From Azolla caroliniana (taxonomy: Eukaryota; Plantae; Polypodiophyta): a DNA stretch of 64,000 nt. Location of the stretch: the NCBI GenBank assembly GCA_043228905.1, contig JBHGNT010000017.1, forward strand, positions 2,604,001-2,668,000, given 5' to 3'. Shown here piece after piece: positions 11,395 through 23,734 of the stretch. The notes beneath the pieces are model-generated. The model did not search any database. It was not told where the DNA came from and saw nothing but the letters and a program-made list of their open reading frames with translations. The position numbers were made by a program, and so were the translations under genes. The stretch's first letter is position 1. Each line of letters opens with the position of its first letter.

Positions 11395-13725
11395 ATGCAG
11401 AGAAGCAGTACATCCCAAAACCATCCAGTAACATATGAAGAAATGGGTCTGATCTCTCTGTTGAGAGATTGTGTGAGAAGGAAAGATCTACACACAGGCT
11501 CTCGGATTCATGCTGATATCCTTAAAAAGGAAAACTTGAGACAGAGTCCTTATTTAGAGAGCACTTTGGTCAACATGTATGCCAAATGTGGTGACCTTGC
11601 AAAAGCAAAACAAGTTCTAGAAGAGGAGATTCCTTTAAAGAATGTGGTTTCATGGTCTGCATTAATCTCAGGATATGTTCAATATGGGAAGAGTGAGGAT
11701 GCACTCAGCTGTTTTGCAAAGATGGTGAAACAGGGTATTACTCCAGATGTAGTGACATTTACTTCTATACTAAAGGCATGTGGTATAACGAAATCTCTTG
11801 ACATAGGTGAGAAAGTTCACAATGAAATTGTCAACAGAGGTTTCTTGAGAAACGATGTCGTACTTGGTACTGCTCTGGTGGATATGTATGCTAGGTGTGG
11901 TGAACTTGTGAGAGCTCAAGAAGTATTCAATGAACTACCCTTCCGAGATGTTGTCTCGTATTCTGCAATTATTGCTGGATATGCCCAACATGGTCAAGTT
12001 GAAGAGGCATTAAACTGTTTTGGAAGAATGGGAAATGAGGTTGTTTCTCCGAATGCTATAACATTCACTTGTCTCTTAAAAGCGTGTGGAAGCATAAAAC
12101 TGATTGATAAGGGCATACATATTCACAATGTTATTTACATTAATGGGTTGTTACAGAGAGATGCTATGCTTGGGAATGCTTTGGTGGATATGTATGCCAA
12201 ATGTGGTTTCCTTGCAAAAGCGCATAAGGTTCTAACTGAGCTTCCAATACGCGACGTTGTCTCTTGGTCTGCTTTGATTTCAGCATATGCTCAGCAAGAC
12301 ATGGGCGAGGAAGCACTGGTCTGTTTTCAGAGGTTGCGAAATGATTGTATATGCCCAAATGAAGTCACCTTCATCGGCATCTTGATGGCATGTGGAGAGA
12401 CAAGAGAAGTTGAGAAGGGTAAACAAATTCATGCTGAGATTATTGATAATGGGTTGTTGGAGGCCGACGTTGCACTTGGAAATGCATTGGTTGATATGTA
12501 TGCAAGATGTAACGTCCTTGCAAAAGCACATGAAGCTCTTTCTCGGCTTCCTATCCGAGATGTAGTTTCTTGGAATGGATTAATCTCTGGATATGTTCAA
12601 ATGGGACAATGTGAGGAAGCTTTACACTGTTTCAAACAGATGCAAGGAGAGGGTCTCTTTCCGAATGAGATCACCTTCACTAGTGTACTGAAGGCATGTG
12701 GCATTTCAGGAGCAGTTAGCGAGGGCAAGCAAGTGCACGACCTTATCATTAATAAGGGACTTATGGAGAAAGATCTTGTACTTGGTACTGCATTGGTGGA
12801 TATGTATGCCAAATGTGGTTTGCTTGAGAATGCGCAAAGAGTGCTCAAGAAGATGCATGTTCAGGATGTAGTTACTTGGAATGCATTGATCTCAGGGTAT
12901 GTGCAGACAGGGCAAGGAGAGGAAGCAATGGAGTGCTATAGGAAAATGGAATGCAAAGGTTACAGACCTAATGCAATCACATTTACATGCATCCTGAAGG
13001 CTTGTGGCATGACAGGTGCGTTCGGTAAGGGGGAGGAGATTCACAAAGAGATTCTAAACAAGAGGATGTTGCGAGATGATATTGTTCTTGGAACTGCTTT
13101 AGTGGATATGTATGCGAGATGTGGTGCCCTCCCTAAAGCACAACAAGTTCTGGAGGAGCTTTGTGTTATGAATGTGGTGTCATGGAATGCATTAATCTCG
13201 GGCTTTGCACAGCAGGGAAGAGGTGAGGAAGCAGTCCAGTGTTTCAAACAAATGTTGCGCAAGGGTCTTTGTCCGAATTCAGTTACTTTTCTTTCGGTGT
13301 TGAATGCATGTAGTCACTCTGGTCTTGTAGAGCAAGGGCAACTCTATTATGAGGACATGAGTAAAAAATATAGGATCATGCCAGATCTAGGGCACTATAG
13401 CTGTATGATAGACCTCTTTGGTAGAGCAGGTCACTTTGACAAGGCAATGGAAGTGATCAAGGAGATGCCATCCAGTGATTATCCTCCGGTTTGGGGCGCT
13501 CTTTTAGGTGCATGCCAGAAATGGGGAAATGTAGAGCTTGGTAGATTTGCTTTTGATCAGGCTTTGCAACTAGATGTTACCAATGATGCAGCCTATGCAT
13601 GCATGACAAATATATATGCTGCTGCTGGGATGCAAGAGGATGTTGGAAAAATTGAGGCAATGAGAGTGAAAAATATTTTACTTGCCAGAGGAATCTACAG
13701 TCAATATGATGACACAGGCATTTAA
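11395..13725 (+). CDS. PLS-class pentatricopeptide repeat protein with E domain, no DYW (776 aa); true N-terminus uncertain
   Basis: Repeated triplets (LGTALVDMYAKCG / DVVSWNALISGY / PNxxTFTxILKAC). Ends with YSCMIDLFGRAG and an E-domain VWGALLGAC...AAYACMTNIYAAAG. Confidence 0.95.
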   Translation: MQRSSTSQNHPVTYEEMGLISLLRDCVRRKDLHTGSRIHADILKKENLRQSPYLESTLVNMYAKCGDLAKAKQVLEEEIPLKNVVSWSALISGYVQYGKSEDALSCFAKMVKQGITPDVVTFTSILKACGITKSLDIGEKVHNEIVNRGFLRNDVVLGTALVDMYARCGELVRAQEVFNELPFRDVVSYSAIIAGYAQHGQVEEALNCFGRMGNEVVSPNAITFTCLLKACGSIKLIDKGIHIHNVIYINGLLQRDAMLGNALVDMYAKCGFLAKAHKVLTELPIRDVVSWSALISAYAQQDMGEEALVCFQRLRNDCICPNEVTFIGILMACGETREVEKGKQIHAEIIDNGLLEADVALGNALVDMYARCNVLAKAHEALSRLPIRDVVSWNGLISGYVQMGQCEEALHCFKQMQGEGLFPNEITFTSVLKACGISGAVSEGKQVHDLIINKGLMEKDLVLGTALVDMYAKCGLLENAQRVLKKMHVQDVVTWNALISGYVQTGQGEEAMECYRKMECKGYRPNAITFTCILKACGMTGAFGKGEEIHKEILNKRMLRDDIVLGTALVDMYARCGALPKAQQVLEELCVMNVVSWNALISGFAQQGRGEEAVQCFKQMLRKGLCPNSVTFLSVLNACSHSGLVEQGQLYYEDMSKKYRIMPDLGHYSCMIDLFGRAGHFDKAMEVIKEMPSSDYPPVWGALLGACQKWGNVELGRFAFDQALQLDVTNDAAYACMTNIYAAAGMQEDVGKIEAMRVKNILLARGIYSQYDDTGI

Positions 13726-14169
13726 TGAGGCATTTATTACAGCAAAGATGGTTTTCTTATCATGATGCTTTGAAGTGCCACATGATTAAAATTTGAGCAC
13801 AAATTCATTTTCCCATGTAAAAGGGCATTCTGAGATATGAGCTTGGGCTGATGCGTGGAATCCAGGTGATAGATGATCCCAAAGAGATCTCTTGGCTAAT
13901 CAGCCTAATTCAAGCAAGTATACAATATGAGATCCTAGAAAAGGGAGCCATCATTACAGTTTGAGGCCAACATGGCAGGAAATAAAAAAATTCTATACTC
14001 CTAACTTCATCCTTACAATACTGAGTGTCACCACCTTGATGTTCCATGTGGTTAGGTCAAGATATTGTCACCACCTTGATCATTGTATATCATGTAGCAA
14101 AGAATCTTACTGGTAGCAAGTTCAGCAAGATAAAAGTTTAGAATGTATAAAGGTTTAAAAGTAGTTGTA

Positions 14170-14365
14170 CTTAATGAGGATGATATGACTCTTAGTCAGT
14201 TTGCCAACGAATATGTCATTAAAGCTACAGGGTCCATGTAAAGACAAAGCACATTGAGTTGCTACATCCCTTCATATGAGAATGCATCAAGAAGAACTAA
14301 CTACCACTACTTCCTCGGGGTGCACATATTGAAAAATGTCACAAATGGATTGACAAAGGTTATCT
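14170..14365 (+). mobile_element. Small decayed Ty1/copia RNase H fragment
   Basis: aagacaaagcacattgagttgctacatcccttcata translates KTKHIELLHPFI, resembling the copia RTKHIEx2HFIRE motif. Confidence 0.4.
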
Positions 14366-15239
14366 TTACAAGCTAAAACAGTTCCAGTGTCAAATCGAGG
14401 ATTATGCATCACTAATTAACAAGCAAATTGTTGCTCATTGGTCACAGGTTGATCTCAAATTGCCCATCATTGATCATGGGTCAGCATCGAAGAGCGAAAC
14501 AGGGATTGTGGCTTGAGGATCATAGTACATGCTAGGAGATGGAACTCAAGGTTTTTGACATTATCAAAATGTAGATACCTACACCCCACAGGTGTAAATA
14601 CAGCTGAAATATGTAGTGTTTGGATGTAATTGCCTACATATAAGTCTGAAGAAGAATTTTGTGAAGTCCCAACTGTGTGTTAACTGTTTATTGGAAATTG
14701 TGTAAATAAGAAACACTAGAAGGAAGGCCCATTAAGTCAGCCTAGTTTGAGCTCTTCAGGACTAAGCATATTTACAAGAAACATAGGGCTTGTAGGGTTT
14801 CTGGTGTTCCTTGAGTTGTGCTTTTAGGGCAAAGCTTCATAGAGGTAAAATTCTCGTACATGATCTTGTATGTAGTATCACGAGTACTAGAGTGGCCTTC
14901 TCTCCAAATTCAAGCATTGAATCTGTTTACCATTTTATTTGCTTCTTCGAATGTTATGTTAATTGCCATGATCAAGTCATTGTTTGCTTTCTTTTTTGTA
15001 GTCATGGGGACGAATTCATTTAGGTCTCCAGGCATGACCTAATGCCTGGGAATATCACTACTATTACGTCACGTAAACTAAGAAAATGTTGTCAAGTTAT
15101 AAATAGGAAGAATTGTATTAGAGGAATTCACACTAATTCCTGATCCCTAGATTCCCATTCCTTAGCTAGTTGAAGTGTGAGTTGATGTTGAAACCATTTT
15201 CTTACAAAATCCATTTTAACTACCAATAGGATTCTCTCA

Positions 15240-17268
15240 TGCATGATGATGGTGGTGACAATGTCTTGACACCACCACATTGAACAACGGTACTAGTGTC
15301 AATGATACTCAGTAACGTAAGAATGAAGTTAGAAGTATAGAATTTTTTTATTGCCCACAATGTTTGCTCAAATTGTAATGATGGCTTCGCTTTATAGGGA
15401 TCTCATATTTTATATACTTCATTGAATTAGGCTAATTGGCCAAGAGATCTCTTTGGGATGGACTATTTTATCTCATTACCTGGATTCCACAATCAGCCCA
15501 AGTTCATATCTTGGAATGCAGTTTCCCATGGAAAATGAATTTGTGCTAGTCAAGATGGTCACTCAAAATTTAATCATGTGGCACTTCCAAGCATCATGAT
15601 AAGAAAACCATCTTTGCTGTAATAAATGCCTCATTAAATGCCCGTGTCATTATATATACTGTAGATTCCTCTGGCAAGTAAAACATTTTTCACTTTCATC
15701 ACTTCAATTTTTCCAACATCCTCTTGCATCCCAGCATGCATAAGCTGCATCATTGCTAACACCTGATCTCCAACATCCTCTTGCATCCCAGCAGCAGCAT
15801 ATATTTGTCACGCATGCATAGGCTGCATGATTCCCAACATCTAGTTGTAATGCCTGATCAAAAGATATCTACCAAGCTCTACATTTCCCCATTTTTGGCA
15901 TGCACCTATAAGGGCGCCCCAAACTGGAGGATAATCACTGGATGACATCTCCTTGATCACTTCCATTGCTGTGTCAAAGTGACCTGCTCTACCAAAGAGG
16001 TCTATCATACAACTATAGTGCCCTAGATCTGGCGTGATCCTAAATTGTTTGCTCACGTCCTCATAATAGAGTTGCTCTACAAGACCAGAGTGATTATATG
16101 CATTTAACACCGAAAAAAATGTAACTGAATTCGCACAATATTCTTTTGAAACATTCTACTGCTTCCTCACCTCTTCCCTGCTGTGCAAAGCCTGAGATTA
16201 ATGCATTCCATGAGACCACATTCATAACACAAAGCTCCTCCAGCACTTCTTGTGCTTTAGGGAGGGCACCACATCTCCCATATGTTCCGAGAACAATATC
16301 GTTTCGCAGTATCCCCTTGTTTATAATCTCTTTGTGAATCACATCTCCTTGCATCTGTTTGAACCAGTGTAAGGTTCCTCACATTGTCCCATTTGAACAT
16401 ATCCAGAGATTAATCCATTCCAAGAAACTACATCTCGGATAGGACGCCAATAAAGAACTTCATGTGCTTTTGCAGGGCATTACATGTTGCATACATTTAA
16501 CCAATGCATTTTCAAGTGCAATGTCGGCTTCCAACTAACATTAACAATAATCTCCCCATGAATTTATTTGCCCTCCCAACTTCTCTTGTATCACCACATG
16601 CCATCAAGATGCCGATGAAGGTGACTTCATTTGGGCATATCCAATCATTTCGCAACCTCTGAAAACAGACCAGTGCTTCCTCACCCATGTCCTGCTGAGA
16701 TATGCTGAAATCAAAGCAGAACCTTTTGTGCTTTTGCAAGGAAACCACATTTGGCATACATATCCACCTAAGTGTTCCCTCGCATAGCATCTCTGTAACA
16801 ACCCATTAATGTAAATAACATTGTGAATATATATGCCCTTATCGATCAGTTTTATGCCTCCACACGCCTTTAAGAGACAAGTGAATGTGATAGCAATCGG
16901 AGAAACAACCTCGTTTCTCATTCTTCCAAAAGGGTTTAATGCCTCTTCAACTTGACCATGTTGGCATTATCCAACAGTAAGTTCAGAATACGAGATGACA
17001 CGTCAGAAAGGTAATTCATTGACTACATATCCACCAGAGCAGTATTGAATACAACATCTTTTCTCAAGAAACCTTTGCTAGCAATTTCATTGTGAAATTT
17101 GTCACCTATCAAAAGAGATTTTGTGATATCCATGCCTTAAGAATATATTACGAGATTAATGTGAACCATGAAACCACATTGTTTAATGGAACCTCCTCTT
17201 TAGGAACTTGTTTTGCCTTTGCAAGGGCACGACATTTGGGATACATGTTGAATGAAGCGCTCGCTAAA
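15240..17268 (-). pseudogene. Inverted, decayed duplicate of the 11395..13725 PPR gene including its 3' flank
   Basis: Fragments such as PDLGHYSCMIDLFGRAGHFD, VMNVVSWNALISGFAQQGRGEEAV and IKLIDKGIYIHNVIYINGLLQR match the intact gene. The reverse complement also matches 13725..~14085. Many frameshifts and deletions. Confidence 0.95.
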
Positions 17269-17646
17269 CACAGTGGATATCACCAGATTATAGGATACCC
17301 AGTTTAGAAAATGGAACAAGTCGAACTGTTCCTATACTATGATGGTTAAGGGGTACCATTAATGAATCCAGACCCCGAATCGTAAGTGAGATGTGAAACT
17401 CATGCCCAGGCCATAGGTGACACCTATATAACGCAGGCTAGCATCTGCCATCAAGCATCACCACCTTGATTGAGGATACATGGTCACTGTACCAAATAGG
17501 CATCTGTCATCTAGATCACTATTGAAGCTCACTAGAGTGCAGTGGTGGGCGATGTCATCCACTGTTTCTTGTATTTGTTGGAATGCGCTATTAAAAGCTC
17601 GTTGTTCTACTTAACAAAGGAGTTCTACTTTTCCCAAATGAGACTC

Positions 17647-17912
17647 ATGGATGCTCCACATGTATTGACTTTGATGAATTTAACCAAAGGCAACTGTATG
17701 TGCTAGTCTATGTTAGTGTTGGTATATGGATGCTCCATATACCAATACTAACACATGGGTGCTCCATTGTATTGGACTTTGACAAATTTAACCAAGGGCA
17801 ACTGTATGTACTAGTTTGTGTTAGTATTGGTATATGGATGCTCCATATGTATCGGACTTTGGCAAGTTTAACCGAGTGCAACTGTATGTGCTAGTTTGTG
17901 TTAGTATTGGTA
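17647..17912. repeat. Three imperfect tandem copies of an ~80-110 bp unit
   Basis: atggatgctcca...gacttt...tttaacc...gcaactgtatgt.ctagt.tgttagt.ttggta is repeated 3 times. Confidence 0.8.
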
Positions 17913-17936
17913 ATTGGTTAATCTTGGATGAAGAAT

Positions 17937-19583
17937 TTAACATGGCCTGATCCTGTTTTGGAGGGATAATGTATTGATTCTCCTATTAATTGATAGATAA
18001 TTCCTCTTTTTACACAAAAACAGATGCGCATACAAACCTAGGATTGCGAATGTTGCAAGCATGAAAGCAGCTATATGAGCAAGTCGCCTCCCCAGAATGA
18101 GATTGTGTGAAAATTGCAAGGTATGGAATGTTCCACCCCATGCCTTGGTCTGACTTCCATGTTTCTTCAGTGATGCATCGAAGTGGTCTCTAACATTGTG
18201 AACTTCCTGGAAATTGCAGAAACCAAACAAAAACTCAATATAAATATAAAATAGTAGAATCTCCTACCAAGTTGCGATTATATCAATCAGGTTATTATGA
18301 ATATGGATAAACTGTCTGACAGATCATTCACAATAGTATAGACACAAGATGCAGAATAAGTACACAAACTTACCTTTTCATCTGAGAATCTATCCACAGC
18401 TGGATACTGATCATCTGCCTGGGAATCTCCATCTTTCCACCTCTTAAAGCCACTTCTAGTGGCATGAAGGTGAAACATGTGCTTCATTTTCAACCACAAA
18501 GCAAAGACACTTGATTTATTATCACCAGCAGCAAACACATTCCCCTTTCTTTTGGAGCTATGATTTGAAGTTCCACCCTTCAAGTAGCTTAAGTCATGCC
18601 CTATACTTATGCTTCTGTGATATGTGTCACCATTGTTATGATCCATGGGTAAGATCTCTGAATCAGAATGACAAAGAGTTTGACCATTGTGATCATCTTT
18701 CATCTGAACACAATCAGTAGCCATTTGATAATCGATAAAATGGAGTGAATGTGAAGTAGATGAAATTATTTGTTCTGGAGTCCTTAATTTCTCATGTACA
18801 GAGCCCTGAGATGATGATGGTCTCTCATCAACCTTTTCAAGTCCTTTCAAGGTTGCCTGCATATTTATAACATTCCTTGTTCCACATAAAAATTGCTCAA
18901 GTTCATCTTTTTCATCTTCACAACCTACTCTCACAATCGGAAGAGTTTTCAGATCTTTCACATCATTTGAAGAAAGGAATGCATCTTCTATAATGCTGAT
19001 CTGGTTCTGGATGGCTGAAATGAATTGGTTGTGCCTTCCAGGGGCATCATCTTCCTCATAGTAATGATGTTGCAACCGTGTGGTACGAATGGCCTTCTCA
19101 AACTCTTCAAGCTGAAGCCAGATAAATTAATATTAGTTGAAGACCAAAATAAGAGCCACTTTTCAACTTCAACCTTGAATATATAACATGAAACCAATAG
19201 ATGTTCCTTTCATTCAATCAATCGCAACAAAGACTGAAGTACCACAGACCTGCCATTTTGCTGTGCCGAGGGCTGTGTTCAGTTCTCTCTTGCGAAACTC
19301 AATTAGGTATGCTTCTTCTCCATCAAACAATGAGCTTTTCGTGTGGACCCAAGTCCGGTAAGCCGAATCTAACCTAAAAACAAAGAATAAATGGGAATGT
19401 TTATAAGAAATATATAGAAAAGGAAAACAAGAACCAACAAAATAATGCAACGATGAAAAGATGCATCCAATATTGATCATTCAATATGGAAAGAAGCAAA
19501 CCCAACCTGTCTGCTGAGTCTTGAACTTCTTCTGCAGCCGAGAATAGAGGATCCACCTCCCATTTCGCAAAGTTCTTAGTCAT
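17937..19583 (-). CDS. Syntaxin-6 N-terminal domain (t-SNARE family) protein with C-terminal hydrophobic anchor; multi-exon
   Basis: Predicted GT-AG exons 19583-19507, 19373-19250, 19111-18374 and 18206-(18038 or stop at 17937) splice to MTKNFAKWEVDPLFSAAEEVQDSADRLDSAYRTW...RKRELNTALGTAKWQLEEFEKAI..., the signature of this plant family. Last exon uncertain. Confidence 0.88.
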
Positions 19584-20608
19584 TCCTTGTTCTTCTTTAT
19601 TGTATTAAGACAATGGTTCACCGACAGAACGATGGAGTTTGATAAGCTAGGACAAATATGGAAGATAATACCATGTGTTTTATCTAAGGTACGTAGCTCA
19701 AGTCACTATATTAGCATTTTCGAACTGGCCTTCGATGCTGTTTTGTGACTGTTGAGAGGGCAGATAGACAAAACCAGACTGTAGAAGGAAAAGATAACAA
19801 ATTTTAACACAGGATGAATCCTTGTATTTAATCATAGATCAGGTTAAGAATTTCCCTAATTAAATCACGACTAGGGTACAATCCACAAATTGATGCAGAG
19901 ATTCAAATGAACCCGTACAAATATAGAAAATAATGAACGGTAAAAACCAAGAATTAAAACATGAGTGAGGATAGAACCCACACATTTTTGAATAATAAAC
20001 ATGTAAAAGCCAGGAATCGCATTAGGGTGAAAACCATGAATTTAGACAAGTACTAGTGCACAACTCACAACTTTAAATAGAAATTTAAACAGGACTTAGG
20101 GTAATAATCCGTGCATTTAACGATGGATTAGGATTATTTAGACAGGAACTAACATAGAACATTTTAAAAAGAAATTAAGGTAAAAATTACGAACTCAAAA
20201 ATGGATTAAGGTAGAAAAGATGAGAGAAAGGCGAGAACATCACAGACAAGAGAAAACCCACCCACCCACCTAACAATGGAAGGCGATGGACATCTGTTCC
20301 ACATCCGAAATCGATTCTGCTTTCTTTTCGTCTTTCTTCTTTCTTCTTTCTTGGTTCGCGTGGCAATGCGACAATCTCTTTCTTTCTTTTTTAAAGAAAA
20401 GAATCAAAATCAAACGCAGGAATGCGATCGATCATTCATCCACCCACAAAAGGAATCAAATTTGTGTTAGTGTTTCTGGCGCAGAGTTTATTTATCATAT
20501 ACATAACATGTGATATTTGGGAAGAGTTGGGGACTTTGGAAAAGCTTTACGAGTTTATAACCACAAATATAAAGACATTATTATTATGCAGAGAAAGAAA
20601 ATGTTTGG

Positions 20609-20812
20609 CCCACATACACTTTGGACCTGGCTGACATGGCTGACTTCCAAGAAACAAACCCGAACCATGTGGTTTGGTTTGGTTTGGTTCGGTTTGGTTT
20701 GGTTTGGCTTGGCTTGGGTCGGCTTGCCCTGCCCCACACTCACTTTGGACCGCCCCGACATGGCTGACTCCCATAAACAAACCCGAACCATGTCGTTTGG
20801 TTGGGCTTGGCT
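20609..20812. repeat. Tandem duplication (~125 bp period) with (GGTTT)n expansion
   Basis: cactttggacc...gacatggctgact.cca..aaacaaacccgaaccatgt.gtttggtt occurs twice; the first copy is followed by GGTTT pentamers. Confidence 0.75.
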
Positions 20813-23368
20813 ACAAGTTACAACCATCGCACAAACACCTCCTCCTCTCAATACTTATGCGCAAGCACGTTCGCCATTGGCCATCTTCTTGTGAGCCTCT
20901 AGCCACCATCTTACATCCCTCGTGGTATTGTTGAGGCCGTGGTAGACACCAAGCCGTTCCAAACCACATTTTTGAAACATCGATCTATCGCTTTATGCCC
21001 TCTATCTCTGTGTGTGTTTGTGTGTGTGTGTGTCTCTCTCTTTGTGAAAACACACAATTACGATAATAAATGTGTGTGGAAAACACTATTTTGCAATGAG
21101 TGTCATAATGGAGTATAGTCACCCACTAACTACATGGGTAGTGGAACATGTTGAATTGCCAATAGGCAAGCCGAACACTCCACTGAATAACCACTTGCTC
21201 GAATAAAGAAGATTGCCGCATTAGTACTCCCTTCAACTTGCATAGATATGATTTTACTCTATGCCAACCATCAAATACAAAAGCATCGCGCATATCCCAA
21301 TTATGATGCAATTCCCCAATACCTCAGAAATAGGAAAACAATCTCCATCTCTGATTGTGGGTCAACCTATGTGAATTGTGCAAACACCCATTGTATAGGC
21401 ATCAAATAACACCTAGACAATCCCTCATCATAGAAACAATGGTTGGAATTCTCACTTTGATACCATGATTTTTTATTTTAGAGTAAAATAGAAGACATGA
21501 AATGAGAGGAAACTTGAGAGAGGTGTGATATCCCCCCTCCCATACACACACATTCTTTCTAAGCAAGAATGCCCATTTTATCCTTGCAAAAGCATTCCTA
21601 AGGAGAGGCACAATGATAACCACGTATATTGTCATATATTGAAAAGAATGAGAATTATTTCATTGCATCCCTTAAAACAAGATACATGATTTCTATTTAT
21701 GTTAATGTTTTAATAACACAGAAGACATCACATTGTGCTTTGCGCACAATGTCATGCTATGCAACATATTAGATGTTATGAATTTGCTCTCATTAAGTAA
21801 TGAATTTGTATATTGTCATTTTTTTATGATAAAGACAATTGCAAACGTCATTCCTACCTTTCGAAAATTGAATGTCGTTGCTTGAGTGAGGTGATAGAAT
21901 GACTTTGCTCAACAACTGTTTAAAAACAACTTGCAGACTCTATCATGTTATATGTGGACAATCAAACTTATGTTTAAGGTTTGTGGACCCCAAGATGTTA
22001 CATGATAACAACTTTTTAAGGCGTTATTTGATAGTTAAATATTACATTATATTATGTGTTACATAATGCCAGTGAGATCACTGCAAATTTCATTATTAGT
22101 CATTCCCATGTTTTGTGATAAATTAGCTCTAAACTTAAAAAAATATGATAACCAAGGTAGGTGCATTCGTTTGTGTTATGATAACCAAGGTAGTTTCACC
22201 CACTAGCATGTAAGAATTGATCAATGTTTGAATCAATATTCCTCAAAATAACAATTTATTCTCTTACTCATACTAACATTATCACACTACACCTGAACTT
22301 TGCATTGAAGACTTTTGAGTGTGTGATCGCCATATGTTGGTTGCATTGAAAATCAATCAAATGGTTTATTAAGAATTTAAGTTGGTTGGAAAATTGTAGG
22401 TTATTTTGGGGATTACGAGGCTAGTTCTCATCCTCAATGGAAAGATATGACTCCCACAAATCTAGCCATCTGATCTAATATAGCATGTAATGGATGGATC
22501 CACATTGAAATATTAACAAAAAAAACGCATTGGCATGTGAAGAGACAAGTGTACTAATGTCAAAAGTGTGTGTTTGTGGATGGATTGGACCCACTACAAT
22601 ATGTTTTCTCCTTTTTGATCTTGCTTCTATCAACCAATATCACATTTTGATTCCTAAAATTAATGAATTCAAAAGTGAATTGTGTAAGTTTGCTACTGAG
22701 ACACATTGGAACAATTAGGACATAAATTCTTATTTGTTACTAGTTTTGAAGGTCCTAAAGGTGTTTCAACTTCGCTAGAGTCTCTTTGATACAATGTTTG
22801 AGGTTATTGATTAATGTGATTTTTTATAATCATCCCCGGTATTCCATGTCTTTAGCTTGTATATTTTAGGTCATTATAAACCACAAATTCCTTTCTACAT
22901 TTGCACAATGGTTTCTAGAATCGTTTCCTATCGAATGCTCTCGTACATTGTAACCTTTTATTTTGCATTGTGAGTAAAAATTGGAAAGCAGATTAATAGG
23001 CCCATAGGTTGTCAATTGTGCAAATATTGACATCCCATTAAGCCATAATTAGGTCTGAATCATAATAATACAAGTTTGGCATGGTCCACCATATACTTAC
23101 TCACTTTTCTATAATGTATACATCCTAGACATTGTCCACATATGGTGATTGTAGGACTTGAAAAGGTAGTAGTATGATGCTTTCCACATTTGCATATCAT
23201 AAACATTGTGCATTCAATAAACATATATTTCACATGAAATACTTTGGATTTCTTTTGCATTCAATAAACATATCTTAACCATGTATTTGACATATTTATT
23301 GAACCAAGTTGAGTTCTTGTAAAGATATGTTCCTTGATGATGACGAGTAATGGATTTGCGTCGTATGT

Positions 23369-23734
23369 TTTGCAAATTTCTTCGTTGTATCACGAACGAA
23401 ATGTGGAAGATTGCGTGTCAATCTACAAGAGGGCGAGGACAAATTGGTGGAAGGTTATGGAATCAAACATTTAAGAGTAAAATTTGGTTTATTCTCTATC
23501 GGTTCCAACCCAAATCTATTTATTTGTTCCCTCGTCATTTCTAACGGTCCTTTATTTGCAAGGTTCTTCACTGCATCACCGACGAACCGTGGAAGATTGC
23601 GTATCAATCTACAAGAAGGAGAGGATAAATTGGCGGCAGGTTATGGAATGAAACATTTGAGAGTAAATATTGGTTTATTCTTTGTCGGTTCCAACCCGGA
23701 TCTATTTGTTCCCTCAGCATTTCTAACGCTCCTT
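23369..23734. repeat. Two diverged tandem ~185-bp units
   Basis: tttgcaa...gtggaagattgcgt.tcaatctacaaga...aaacattt.agagtaaa...ggttccaaccc...catttctaacg.tcctt occurs twice. Confidence 0.85.

Noticed and set aside
13726-14120. Possible decayed DYW domain after the PPR stop (GHSEI*, VAKNL)
   Set aside because: Motif spacing is wrong, there is no CxxC or terminal triplet, and stops are many. A chance match is likely.
21214-21228. 15-mer tgccgcattagtact also present near 59647
   Set aside because: A few 15-mer matches are expected by chance in 64 kb, and the flanks do not align.
21100-23300. Possible decayed DNA-transposon coding sequence (also 1950-4100 and 38900-41500)
   Set aside because: No intact ORF, TIR or TSD was identifiable by eye.
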